Shown here piece after piece: positions 45,201 to 64,000 of a stretch of DNA of 64,000 nucleotides. The notes beneath the pieces were generated by a model. That model searched no databases, had not been told where the DNA came from, and was given only the letters and a program-made list of their open reading frames with translations. How positions within the stretch are numbered: the stretch's first letter is position 1; the number at the start of each line of letters is the position of its first letter. Made by a program: the position numbers and the translations under genes. This stretch comes from Psilocybe cubensis (lineage: Eukaryota), in NCBI GenBank assembly GCA_017499595.2, contig CM039003.1, positions 2,790,001-2,854,000 of the forward strand, written 5' to 3'.

Positions 45201-48200
45201 TGAGTGGCTTTCTTCAAGCAGGTGACAGATTCACAACGTCTGGAACACATATAAGCATGCTGCAAATTCGACTCAAGGCGCTTGCTCTCGCTTCCAAGGT
45301 CTGAGGGGACCCTCTCTTCACAAATATCCAAATTACTCACTGTGTTTGATAGAATGACATGCAACAGGAGCTTTGAATTAAATGACGCGATACGAGTTGA
45401 GTATTTTCTCTGTTAAATTCTGTCTAATTGTTTCCACTGAAATCCATACATCTTGAGATCGACCGTTTGGCAGCTTCTGCAGGATAGTTTAGCTGGATGT
45501 GGGAACAACATGGACATTGAATGCGAGGAGCCGATGAGATCGACGCGGGGAAAGCGGTGAGTATTGTTCTGTTACTGGCGAATCTGTATCAATATATTTA
45601 TTCTATCTCCTTGTTTAGGCGGTTCTACTACTTAGGGCGCTAATATCACCCGCGTGAGTAAGCATCCCACTCTCAGAATGATGTAACCATGTCTAAATAC
45701 CGCGTCAGAATCTCTAGATTTCCATTCCAGCGTTTAAACATGCCTCCGCCCCCTCGCTCCCACTTTGAACGCACTCTTGTGTTTTCAGCAACTCGGCATT
45801 GTGAGTACACGTCACCTCGGCAAGACTTAACTGACCGACTTTAACCTCGATGGCGCGGAGCTGCGCATACTTAATGTTGGACAGTCAAACATTGACCTAG
45901 CGTGAATTTGAGGACCTTACGGTTCAACGTCAAATCCTAGGTCTTTCACGTCGTTCCCGCTTTGAGTAATGAGAACTGTAAAGGTTTTGATAATAGAATA
46001 GGTAGAGCTTTGAGTCGGACCTGCATTTCGACACCATTTCCGGCTATGCGCACATATTACGCCTGTAAATATCATGATTTGGCACTCAAAAACATAGTCT
46101 AACCTAGCTACCGATGTAATACACACATGTAAACCTCTAGATATCAATGAAAGTTTGAAAATTCCAAAATTACTCATGTTCGCCTCGAGTCCCGCCTCAT
46201 TCATTTGCTAGTCTATTTACAAAATAGCATCTCAGATTGCCTACAAAGACCTATAGCGGCAGTAAAGTGTCGGTTCAAACTCACCTAACCGTAATTCAAC
46301 GCCCCATTCATGCTGTGAGCCGAGAGAAAAGAAGCACCACATACATCTCCTCCTCCCCCAAATCACGAAATTACACGATTGCAAACGTTTGCTGCATCTA
46401 CCTGGCATTCAAGCATTGCATAACGGGACCGGGTACCTCCAAAGGCAAGATGTAGAGAAGCTAGATGCAAGTCAATCGAAGTTGAACATGTATCAAAACA
46501 TTACATTCCATTTAGACGCACCTGATCACAAAACGAGAAAATCCGGGTCTTCCATGAAGATCCTGAATAAAATGAAATTATACATTGGAGGAGATTATGT
46601 GAGATAAGATAAAAAGGGATCTCACACGGCATCCAGATGAAAATTGGGACTGTCATTCGTTAAGCGCCCAAAACGACTCCAAGACGGTACTCTCATATAT
46701 TTAACACATAGCGTCTCTATTTCCCCACCAATCAGTGACAAAGCAGTACATTAGGAGGGGACTATGGATACACACACGATATACAGAGCTACAAGTCAGC
46801 TCCATGAAGATTGCGAAGGGAATGACGAGAATTCACGGATGTATGTCATCCGGTCTACTCCTCCAGCTCCAATTCCGCGTTTCTAGCGTAAAAACACGGT
46901 TTCCTCGCATCTCGGGCGAACATCACGTCATGCTGTCATCAATAGACACATGCCGTGAACGTTTGTACGAGATTGGCGGAGACATTTTGAATGCGAGAAT
47001 TTGTTGAATTGAAGATACGAAGGGTTACATACCTTTCATTTCGCCTCGATTTTGAGCCTGAACGGCAAATAGACGTTGGATTGAGTGTCCAGGACGCCTT
47101 CCAAGTCCAATGTAGCAAAGAGAATGAGTCTAGTACAAGAATTCAAAATTTTTTGAATACTCGCCATAATGATTTTCATTGTCCTCCAACTCGTATTTTT
47201 CCAAATTCACTGTAATTGTGCATGCATGTGAGCTTAGTATAGCACATGGTAGTAATACTTACCCATTCTATCACGATTACAGCCCACAGACAAACGTTGG
47301 ACTCGACAACGTACTCGAAATGCCAAGTAACCCAGGCTTCTCCTCCTGCCCCATTTCGCCGTTTCACGACATTCCAAACGCCGTCTCTTCTGGAACACAT
47401 GTGAGTATCTCTACATCTCACCATATGCATCCGGATGACGTGAGTTGGAATGCTAGGTAGATGGTTAATTAGTAGACTCGAGATTGAAGTGGAATGAAGG
47501 CACATACATGTTGTCCTCGTTTTTTGGACGTCGTGCCGTGTCCGTGAGCGATGTATCTGCACTAGAAGGAGTGGATTAAAGGTAAAGGTGCTAAATATTA
47601 CCTACAAACGTTTTGAACAAGAGCAGAAATTGTGCGGCGAAGAATGAAGCTGGTACGTACACTGAAATCATAGTTGCATTCACTGAGTGTATACCGGCAT
47701 TGCACATGGTGTGCCATTGAAATACATGGTCGTATATCTGCTCTATAGTGTAGTCGAGTATACGAAGCACCACCAAAGTTGATCTCCGACTCACCAAACG
47801 TGTGTTTGTATAATCTTGATTCTAACGTTTCTCCATCCCCCATTCGCCCTAGCACTCGTTTCCAAACGTTTGCTTCGGTTCCGGGTGTCTGATATATTCC
47901 CATCAGACCTAAACATTGTTACAACACCTGTCAGTAGAGATGTAACTGAGAACCAACGAAAAAACAAACGAAATTTGTTTGAATGCGAGGGGGACCTGGA
48001 CAGCGGATCTACATGGAGAACGGCGCTTGTCGTCGTAATTCAGGTGTGGTGCGCATTTGAAACATTCGAGCGTTACGATACCTTGAACATTATCGTTCAT
48101 GGGAGAGGCTGGAGCCGAGTGAAGTCGAAATTGGATCGACGCTTGTATTCGAAGTATAATGCACAATAGACAAATCGTAGAATACACGCAATTGGAATTA

Positions 48201-51200
48201 TCCAGGTAATTGGGTGGACCAGGAACAATTATCGCCACCTAGTATACCATAGCGAAGACGGTTTGTTATTCCAGAATATCAACCCAACCTCAAATCATCA
48301 ACATACCTGTGCAAATACGACATGCTCCTCCTCCCCCAATACATCCATTTTCCGCGCTCAAAACGCTTGTTCCTCACGCGGACCTGAGTTCCTTGCATCA
48401 CGGAGTTACATATGGACGCATCACAGCATGCTGGAATGAAAAGTAGACTGTTGAATATCGAAGACGCACCACAATTGCAGGTGCCGTATGGTGCAATTAG
48501 GGTGATCGCCCCGGGTTGTCTATGTTTCCAGGGCAAATATCGGCACGTAAGGTGTTTAGTTTGATGTGAGAATGCCCAGAGATACTCTGAGCGAGCGATG
48601 GAGTGGATAACATAGCCCGGCAGAGACAGAGATTGACAGTTTAAAGCTCATGTAGCCATTAATCCGAGTTCCATAGCAGCAAAACATATGATTTTCAAGG
48701 CAAATCCACAAAGCAGCAGCAGCAGCACAGAACAGATAGATCCCATAGAGCTAACCATCCATAGCAAAGCAATTCAAATCTCGAATCTCGAAATCTAACA
48801 AACAGGGAACGGGGAGATGCAAGTCGAATGAAAGACGAACCACACATGTTGCGCAACCTCTCGCTTAGCGCCCGCTTGTCTCGTTCGCGTCTTTCCCCTT
48901 TCAAACATGGGCGTCACGTTTGCGTTTTCAACATACACACGAATGCGGATATATATGCCAGCAGAGAGAGGTACGGAATTGTATAAAAGGAGGGGTGAGA
49001 GCTGACCGGATTTCCTCATCCCCCTCTCCCATTCGCACTCTGCCTCCAGCTCCCTTGTCCGCTCTCTTCTCTCGACGCTTTTGGTGAGTTTGTACACCAT
49101 TTCCCGTTGTTCAGGACTGACGCAGTCGTACAGGGAAGGCTATGAGGTACCAAGGTAAGTACCTTGTCACTGGTGTACACACTATCACTCACCTAGGCCG
49201 ATCAACGCGTCCAGAGCGTTCTTCCAGCGATAGCCCATCCGACTTGAAGGCACGGTAAGCGGATTGCATCCTGTTTGTTCAGAATTCCAGTGCTGACCTC
49301 TTTACTCCTGCGTCGTGATTGGATCCCCGTAGCCCCTCGAGAGTGGTCTTGCCGGGTGAGGTACTCGCAGGCTTGCGCAGTATACCAGCAGCTCCTAAAA
49401 CGCGCCGTCGCTGCGATTTGACCGCCCAACAATGCCCCCGCGTTCCTTCATGCTGCCCCGCCTTGAAACACAAGCATGTCAAAGGCCATACAAAGTGTTA
49501 GTGTGCTCGACAACCCCATTTTGATGCTGTACTCACCAATGTCATCCATGCCCATAAAGTCACGCTAAACACATGTTGCCGACGCGTCCTGTAACCATCT
49601 CTGCGCATCCGCCAGTGTCCTGTCCCTGCCGTGCTTCCAGCCTCAAAATACGGCGCACTGTTCCATGTTGAAGTGCTTACAGAGTGTGAGTAGCGCTGAC
49701 AACCTTCTCTTGATGCCGTACTCACCGATGTGACCAGTGCACCCAGCATAATGCTGTAAACACCTGGCCGACGATCGATGGAGCGTGTGCAAGATCACAC
49801 TCGACTGACGCTGAAAAAAGTGATTGGCCGTGACCTGGTTAGTGATTTTTAGCACATTTTTATAAGATACTCACCGACCGCGGTTGCCTATATGCACAGA
49901 AAGTCGCTTTGTAGGATCCATGACTGCACTTTTGCGTGCCGCCTTGAAGAGAACGTGCTCATTTCACGTTGAAAGGGCTGAAGAAGGTTAGTGATAGGTT
50001 ACCCTGATTGTGATGCGATACTTACCAGAACATGGAAGATTGCACGATGGCGGAGCTGTTGTGGGTGGTCAAGGTGGGATTGGGATGGTGAGCAAGGACA
50101 GCGGCTGGCGTGGGGTGGGATGAGGGTCAAGGACAGCTGCTGGAAGACGCGTCTCGTTGATGGCATTGACGGCGGTGTGGGGTTCTGATACTCAGATTGT
50201 AGGATCAACGTTGTGACGAATGCAAGGTCTACGGTGAGCAAAAAAAGCACAACTAGAAAACATGGTACTGACGCACCTTGTCAGCACATCCACCTTGTGA
50301 CCCCCACAAGAACCGCCAACCCCTCTCAATGTCAAGCCCACACTTGATGTGGCGGACGCAGAATGGCAAAGCGAAGACGGATGGAATGAGGACAGAGGGC
50401 GGGAGTATGAGAAAGGCACAAGTGAGTGGAGGGATACGTGCCAGCGAGGATGACTGTTGTGCACGCGATGGGAGGGACAAGGAGTATCAGTTTCTATAGC
50501 TTATTCATAGTTCACTAATACACGGCTTTGTCGGTCGCCTTGCAATCTTTGAGTTTGATCTTTCCGCTCAAGGGCATTATCCGCCGCCTAAACTGACTTT
50601 ACACGCTGTTTTCACACAAGTTGCAAGAACCGCTGCCTGACTAGGGCTCACCACCTTTGATAGTGCCAGAAGGGGTGTCACGGGGTCCTTCTCCCAGGAA
50701 AATTTGATCCACGATTCCATGTGCTCCCACTGCCAACAACAATGGAGATCAAGTTGCAGCATTGGACCATCTTATATTTGTACCCTCTCCGCTCCATGAA
50801 AGTTTGTGGGAAGGGGAACATTCGGACGCGCTTTGACTCATCCCTTTACGCGTCAAAAGCAGACGGAAATTCAACAACTTTTCACTAATCTTCAAGCAAT
50901 CGACAACCAGAATTCTCGTATATCCGACTGCAATCATGACCTCGATCTTTGTCAACCAGGCCGGAGACGGTGTTGGGGGTACACAACTTCAATTTTACGA
51001 GGCTGGCGACGCGTGAGTGTAGCAGATACTCTGTACGTATTGATAGAGTCTTTAACATTCTCTAGCTTTTGGAAGGACCCACGATACATACCCTTGCTTC
51101 TATCCGGAATTTTCTCCTTCTCCCAGTTGACGCACGCTGTGTGCAGCCGCTTCAAGTACGGAAGGAGACCAAACGAGGCAGCCGCGTCAACGGAGGAGCG

Positions 51201-52766
51201 TAGGGGATTTCTTGCAAGGTGGCGCTGGCACATTCATTTACATGGAGGATATGTAATCTATGCGTATATGGTTGCTCGTTTGGTGGGTTCGGTCGCGTTA
51301 CTGTATATTTTCTTTACTACCGCCATTGCCGACTGCGAGAAGGCCGCTGGGAACAATGGGTGGACGTTTTTTCCGTTATGTGTTCAGACAGCTCTGACCA
51401 TTGCACATGTAAGTCGTTAACAAGATCATCTCTCACTCCACGTTTTCTTATCCTATCGTAGGCCTACGCGACCTTATTAGCCGTAACAACCTTCTCCCTG
51501 AATTTCAGGCCATTAGCTCCAGCCAGATTCCATGTCACCATTCTCTGTTCCATTCTTGCAATATACGCTTACCGCGATATCTGGCCCCTGGCAAACTATG
51601 GCTCAGTTCCAAAAGATCAAGCGGAAGGGAATATCCTCTGGGTTAAGATTGCGCTTCTTGTCGTCACAGGAGTGATCATTCCTTTGTTCATACCCCATCC
51701 ATATGTTCCAGTGGACCCTAAGGTACGTTCCCATCAGATTTTGGCGCGTCAAGGTTCAAACTTCTTTTTAGAATCCTTCTCCTGTTCCCAACCCCGAGCA
51801 AACTGCTTCATGGATCTCAGCATTAACATATACATACGCGGACCCTATTATCATTTTGGCAAACAAGGTCGCTCATCTTCGACACGACCAGTTGCCACCG
51901 CTATCCGATTACGACTTTGCTCAGTATCTTTCGGAAAGCGCTGCCAAGGTATGGTCTTACCATTTGAACCCACATATTAGTTATGAATATGGCATAGTAT
52001 GTCGACCCTTTCGCTGGAGCAAAACGTCGCCATTTGTTCTTTGGCTTGTTAAGCTTTTTCCATGAGTTTGAGGCAAATTTCTCCAAAACCTTTCAGTGAA
52101 CTCTTATGCACGAACGTGAATAGGAAGAGAATATATAATTATATCTCTCAGTATTGTATTTCACGGGTTAATGAGTTTTGTTGCCCCTATCGGCATCAAC
52201 AAGACACTCAAGTAAGCGTCAAAAGTTTGATTGTTTTCATCGCTCTCATTATCTGTCAGCTATCTGGAAAACCGTCAATTCGGTACCGATTCTTCTGTAA
52301 AACCCTGGGTCTGGGTCTTATTCATGTTCGTCGGGCCCGTCGCGCAGTCTGGTTTTGAGCATTGGAATCTTTATATCCAAACCCAGGCTCGAGTGCGTCT
52401 GCAAGCAGTGTTGACTCAGCTCTTCTTTGAGCACAGTCTGCGCATCAGGATGAAAGCTGAAACTTCAAATGACGGTGTCGAATCCACACCGACGCCGTCC
52501 GAGGCAGGGGATAATCGCAGTGTCGTAGGTGGCGAGAGCATTGCATCGGTGGAGGAAACGGGGCCAAATCAAAGCCGCGAGGATGCTGAGAGTCAGATTA
52601 CGCAGGCTTCGACTGCTGTCGGGACCACCGAAGCGTCGGCTTCTACTGTGCAAGATAACACGCCTGAGAGTTCTGGACAGGCAAAACCCCAAGCGGATGA
52701 AGGGCCCCCAGTGAAGAAGAGCTCCGGGGATGCCGAGAATCTTATCGGGAAGATTAACAATTTGGT
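42198..52766. repeat. Segmental-repeat copy 2 (no nested insertion; runs into the full-length ABC gene)
   Basis: Colinear with copy 1 minus the LTR element. Confidence 0.97.
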
Positions 52767-55700
52767 AACGAGCGACCTGGAAAATATGGTGGAGGGCTGC
52801 GATTTCCCTTCATTTAGTAAGTGGTGACTGTTGGATATGTGTTGACACAACGTTTATCGTGCTTTTCAGTTATTCTTGTACCATTGCAGATCACATTTGC
52901 GATTATCTTCCTCTATAATATTCTTGGTTGGAGGTTAGTATACTCGCTTCCTTGTGACAGCTTGCCAGGAGCTGATCGGTTTGCAGTGCCATAGCTGGTC
53001 TCTTTACTACTATTGCCCTTAGTCCTATCGCTGGCTATTTTGGGAAAATCGTTCAGGACGTACAAGTGACGAAAATGAAGCTTGTAAGATCCCCCTATAA
53101 TCGTTTACTAACTTGCTCTAATCCTCCTATACAGACTGACGCCAGGGTTCAGACCATTTCTGAGGGTAAGACATACCGTCACATTTATGTTCAAATAATT
53201 GACCGGTGCTCAATTAATAGCTGTCGGAGTTCTGCGTATGATTAAATTATTTGGTTGGGAAGGGAAGATGACGAATCGCTTGGATGCTAAGCGTGAAGAA
53301 GAGCTTTCGTGGCTTTGGAAACTAAAGGTGAACATCATAATTTCTCGCTACACAACCAATTGGCTTATTTGTCATATCTCCAGCAACTCAGGCTCGTCAA
53401 TGAACTATCCAGGTTGGTGTATCAATATTATGTATTGTTCTCTATTCTGAAGGGTCAATAGCATGCTCGCTCCAATGTTATCAATGATGGTCACCTATGC
53501 ATCTTACACTGTGGTTATGAAAGAAGGTCTAACTGGTACTAAAATCAAAATACCCTATTTTCCCGCCATTATTGCTGATTGGTTTTAGCATCTAAAATTT
53601 TCTCGAGCATGGCCGTTTTCTCTATTCTCCAGGAACAACTCCACAGAATATCCTGGCAGTATTCTTTGTTGATTGAAGGTTAGTCAATCATTGATGTTCT
53701 AAAAATAGATGACTGATACGGTCCTCACTATATAGCCAAGGTTTCCTTAGATCGCGCCAACTCCTTTTTGCAGAACAGCGAACTTCTGGACAGGTATGCA
53801 AAGCAGCATGATCCGTCCTCGTCATTCCTTTTGCCCGAAGAGGAAGCCGACGATGAACGTGCAACGGAGATTGGCTTCAAGAATGCGACGTTCTCCTGGT
53901 CTGATGAGGAGAACGATGGATCACTTACCCCTTCAAGCAGGAAGTACAGACTTCATGTCGAAGGAGAGTTGTTATTCAAACGAAATTGTATTAATTTGAT
54001 CATTGGACCTACGTGAGTGACTGCCCTTGACCTCCAGCCTGTTCAGCGCTCATCGTAACTAGCGGTTCCGGAAAGACGTCTATGCTTATGGCTTTGTTAG
54101 GTAGGTATTGACGTGTCTAATGCGAAGCTTATTAAATTACATTCTACTTAGGCGAGATGCACTTCTTACCCTCGCAAGCCGACTCCTGGTATAACCTTCC
54201 TCGAGCGGGCGGCATTGCATATGCTGCGCAAGAATCATGGGTTCAAAACGCAACGATTCGTGAGAATATTGTCTTCGGGTCTCCATTCGATGAAGAGCGC
54301 TACGCGCAAGGTGCTTATTTTTATACTTGTGATCCATCCGCTAAATCTCATATGATAACAGTAATAAAACAATGTGCTCTGGAACACGATCTTACTCTCT
54401 TCGATGCTGGTGATAATACGGAGGTCGGTGAACGAGGTTTGACATTGAGGTTTGTGATTATCTTCTCTTTTTTTTGCCTCTGGCTGAGTCATTTTTGTAG
54501 CGGTGGCCAAAAGGTAATTGCTGCTACAATACCGCTCAGCGCAATTTTAATGGATTTCAGGCCCGAGTCACACTTGCGAGAGCTATCTACTCGTCGGCAG
54601 AAATCATCCTCTTGGATGATGTGCTTGCCGCGTTGGATGTCCATACGTACGTTGATTGTATATTTTTAATATTAATATTGATCAACATATAGGTCGGCTT
54701 GGATCATCGATAATTGTTTCCGAGGAGACCTTGTGAAAGGCCGTACGATCTTGTTGGTTGTGAGTATATTTAGATTCGATACTTCTGTATAATTTCGATG
54801 TACTGATAGAACTTCTATACCAGACTCATAATGTCGCTTTGGCCGGACCCGTTGCAGAATATATCATTACTATGGGGTTGGATGGCAGCATCGTTACTCG
54901 CCATAATGAAGTTACTCCCCTAACAAAAGTCGAAGAAGTTCTGGCTGAAAATATCGACGATGCGGCGGAGATCTCTCAGGAGGAACACGCTGACAAGGCG
55001 GCACCCACAGCAGCTAAAGATGGCAAGCTTGTTATGGCGGAAGAAATCGTTCAGGGTCATATCACATGGAAATCTATCAAATTGCTCCTGTCAGGACTAG
55101 CCGGAAACCGGCCTATCGTATTTTGTCTACTCTGGATTGGAGGATTGATTGCATCTGAAAGCATCTCTATGTTCTCGCCGTGGTTCCTTGGTTTATGGGG
55201 ATCTCAATATGAAAGACACGCACCATCTGATGTCAACCTTCTATAGTCAGTCAAAGTTTCCTCCTAACTCCTCGCCAATTGCATTAACCTCTTTACAGTT
55301 ACCTATCCATCTTTGCAACCGTTCTTTTGTTGCGGCTCACCATATACGCTGCAGTGAACTTCTACTACCAGTGGCGCTCCGTCAAAGCGTCAAAGGTTAT
55401 ACATGCAAAGATCGTTGATTCAGTATTTTCGAGTACATTGCGGTGCGCACTGTGTCATATCCCTTTACCTTAACCTTTTCAACGTTTGTGTTCAGGTGGC
55501 TGGATGAGACACCCACAGCTCGTATCATCGCGCGATGTACCCAAGATATCCGTACCGTTGACGGTCCAATTTCACAGTCGCTCATGTGGGTTGTACAGCA
55601 ATTCATTGGGATGTTCATCTCTCTAGGGAGCATAGTGTTATTTACGCCAGTTTTTTTGCTGCCTGGTGTCGTGGTCGCGATATCTGGAATTGTCGTGGGA

Positions 55701-57605
55701 AACTTATACCTAAAAGCCCAGCTTTCCCTCAAGAGAGAGATGAGGTATGTCTCTATCGGTCCCGGAATGTATGTATACCAACTCTTGCCTTTAGCAATGC
55801 ACGATCCCCGTTGTTGGCTCACTTCAGCGCTGCAATCCATGGCCTTGGTACCTATTTCCCCTTCTCGCCCTGCACATATTCCTAACTCTGTTTTCTAGTC
55901 TCGATTCGCGCGTATGGCGCACAGAGGGCTTTTGCTCATGAGTCATACAAACGCATCAACCATTACTCTCGCACAGCTCGAACATCATGGACCATCAATA
56001 GATGGGTCGGGTTCCGAATTGATACACTGGGCGCATTGTTCACATCGGCACTCGCACTATATCTCGTATATGCATCCAGTACTAACGCAGCGAACACCGG
56101 ATTTTCACTCAATATGGCTGTTAGGTTCTGTCTCTACATCTTTTGGCTGATTCGGATTTTCAATGAACTTGAGGTGGAGTCGAACAGGTGAGCTTCCTTA
56201 CCTATGCTAACGTTGCCGCCGCCTCAATTCTTTCGTAATAGCTTGGAGCGTATACAAGGGTACATTGATATCGAGCACGAGCCCAAACCGACACCATCTG
56301 GGTTGCCACCTGCCGCCTGGCCAATGAGTGGTGATGTCCGCGTCGAAAATCTATCTGCTCGTTATTCTCAGGTGAGGATACGTTCATTTCTTGAGGCGTC
56401 GGTGATCCCATCTATCTTCGCAGACTGGTCCCAAAGTTCTGCACAATCTTTCGTTCCACATTTCTTCCGGTCAGCGAATAGGAGTCGGCAAGTTCTCTTC
56501 TCTTTATTGGCATACAGTTTGAATTAACCCCATTTTGTTTAGTCGGCCGCACTGGCAGCGGAAAGGTAGTATGCAATTGCTCTTCATCTTCCGTATTGTT
56601 AATTGGATTGCTCTGCCCAGAGTTCCCTTACCCTCGCTCTGTTGAGGTGCATCCTGACGGAGGGCACTGTGTTTTATGATGGCATTGCTACCAACACTCT
56701 TAACCTTGATGCATTGAGGTCGAATATCACAATTATTCCGCAAACAGTGAGTGCAATGTACTGTTTATGTTTAAAAGATGCTCACTGAACAATAATCATA
56801 GCCCGAACTTCTCAGCGGTGAGCTACTAAATGTCGTGAGATTGAAGCATTTGTTAAATTTACCCTGCAGGCACCCTTCGTCAAAATCTCGATCCTTTCGA
56901 TCAAAATGATGATGCTACTTTGAACGATGCTCTTCGAGCTTCTGGCTTGTTCTCGTTGCAGGAAGAAGCAGGGGAAGCCAGTCTCACTTTGGATAGTAAA
57001 ATTGCAGGTGGTGGAAACAACCTTTCAGTTGGTCAGAGACAGATCATTGCACTCGCCAGGGCCATGGTTCGCGGTAGCAAGTTATTGATTCTGGATGAAG
57101 GTCCGCCCTCGGTCTAACTTTAATGCTGTCTACTATACTTACCCTACCTATCACACAGCAACATCGGCGATTGGTATGTATTTCGCTCATGGCTGACCGA
57201 CAGTGATATTGACCAAAATCATCGCAGACTATAAAACGGATGCTGTGATTCAGAGTACTCTCCGGAGTAAGCTTGGTGCCGATGTGACTGTGATCACTGT
57301 TGCCCATAGGCTCCAGACAATAATGGACGCCGACAAAATTGTATGCTTCAATCTCTCTAAGTTTCGACGCTATACAGACTAATAACCCTTGCGTAGATGG
57401 TTCTTGATAACGGAAAAATTGTAAGAAAAATCTTATTTAAACTTCTATTAGATTATTGATTCCTTCCTCTCTCCAACAGGCCGAATTTGACTCCCCGAGA
57501 ATTTTGTTAGAACGCCCACAAGGCATCCTTCGAGCATTAGTCGATGGAAGCGGAGATCAAGCAATTCTACACGAATTGGCAGGATACAAAGAGAGAGAGA
57601 CTTGA
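50936..57605 (+). CDS. ABCC/MRP-type ABC transporter, full length, many introns; one splice donor mutated (possible pseudogene)
   Basis: NBD1 [43 protein letters not shown]2 VGRTGSGKSS, NLSVGQRQ, LILDEATS. Stop TGA at 57603-57605. Confidence 0.9.
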
Positions 57606-58430
57606 CTTCAGAGCGTCTTGGCCAGTCTTACAAAACTTTCTCATCTGAACCAGTATACTTCCTCAAGACACAAATCCTTCACGAGTTTAGATTGATATAC
57701 AAGTTACGCGTATATATATGAAATTTGTTTGGAGCCTTGGTCCTTTTTAGGTTGATGCATGCTGGTAGGCCGAGTCATGTATGGAGGAAATCAAACTAAC
57801 GCGGAATTCACATATGATGGGGAGGATCTCAGCTTCCAAGGTTTTGGAGGTTTTGAGCCTTTGAGGAGCGTTGAGGGCCAAGCCCGTCTAGTCACGTGTG
57901 TACATAAGGGCAGGTATTTCGGAGGCTGCGAAGCAACGCTTCGTCGCTTACCCACTGGCCAGGTATTCTTACTTACCTACGATGAAACCTTGAATCAAGT
58001 CTCTCTATTCTGCTTACCCATGCCATGACACACTTGTCAACGGAACTTCTCGTACATTGCATCCATGATTGACGTTAACAGATACCATATCTCCCGAATC
58101 CCAGGCCAAACCGCGGAAGGCATTGGTATTTATTGTGTTTCAGTTCAACTGACAGCCATTACCGGCTGGCTGATCTTTATTAACGCATATATTTATCCCC
58201 AATCCCAAGTTTAGCAGAACTACCCACGATGTCTCATGTGGAAAACGATAGCCTCATGTTTGCCTCGAGGCTCGCGTAACCAACTTGTCAACATATCTTT
58301 AGACGCGAATATTTTTGAACAGGGTTCGCGATGAATTCCGTACACTATGTTACAATTTAATATAAAACCAAAGGTTCGTTATTATTTTTTTCAACGGTCA
58401 GCTATATCATCTTCCCCAACCAAAGTCCCC

Positions 58431-64000
<5,570 letters not shown>

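Overview
Intron-rich fungal DNA, most likely from a basidiomycete (agaricomycete). (1) 1758-20018 is an 18.26-kb DNA transposon with a Plavaka-family transposase. It has CATCAG...CTGATG ends and a 2-bp CA target-site duplication, confirmed by two empty sites elsewhere in the window. It carries apparently intact nuclear-regulator cargo: an Spt5-like NGN/KOW protein, a JmjC dioxygenase, a PCL/Pho80-type cyclin, a DUF6532-like protein and two small orphan genes. A perfect 195-bp palindrome lies between the divergent Spt5-like and JmjC genes. (2) A ~10.56-kb segment is present three times in tandem. Each copy ends in the 5' third of an ABCC/MRP transporter gene, and only the last continues as a full-length gene, which has lost one GT splice donor. 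(3) The middle copy holds an intact 6.39-kb Ty3/Gypsy chromovirus with identical 450-bp LTRs, a CACAA TSD and a Tf1-type self-priming site. I found no CpG dinucleotide anywhere in it, whereas differences between the surrounding duplicates are mostly CpG transitions. (4) A second ABCC paralogue runs off the right end. Gene models were spliced by eye; family names come from motif recognition, not database searches.
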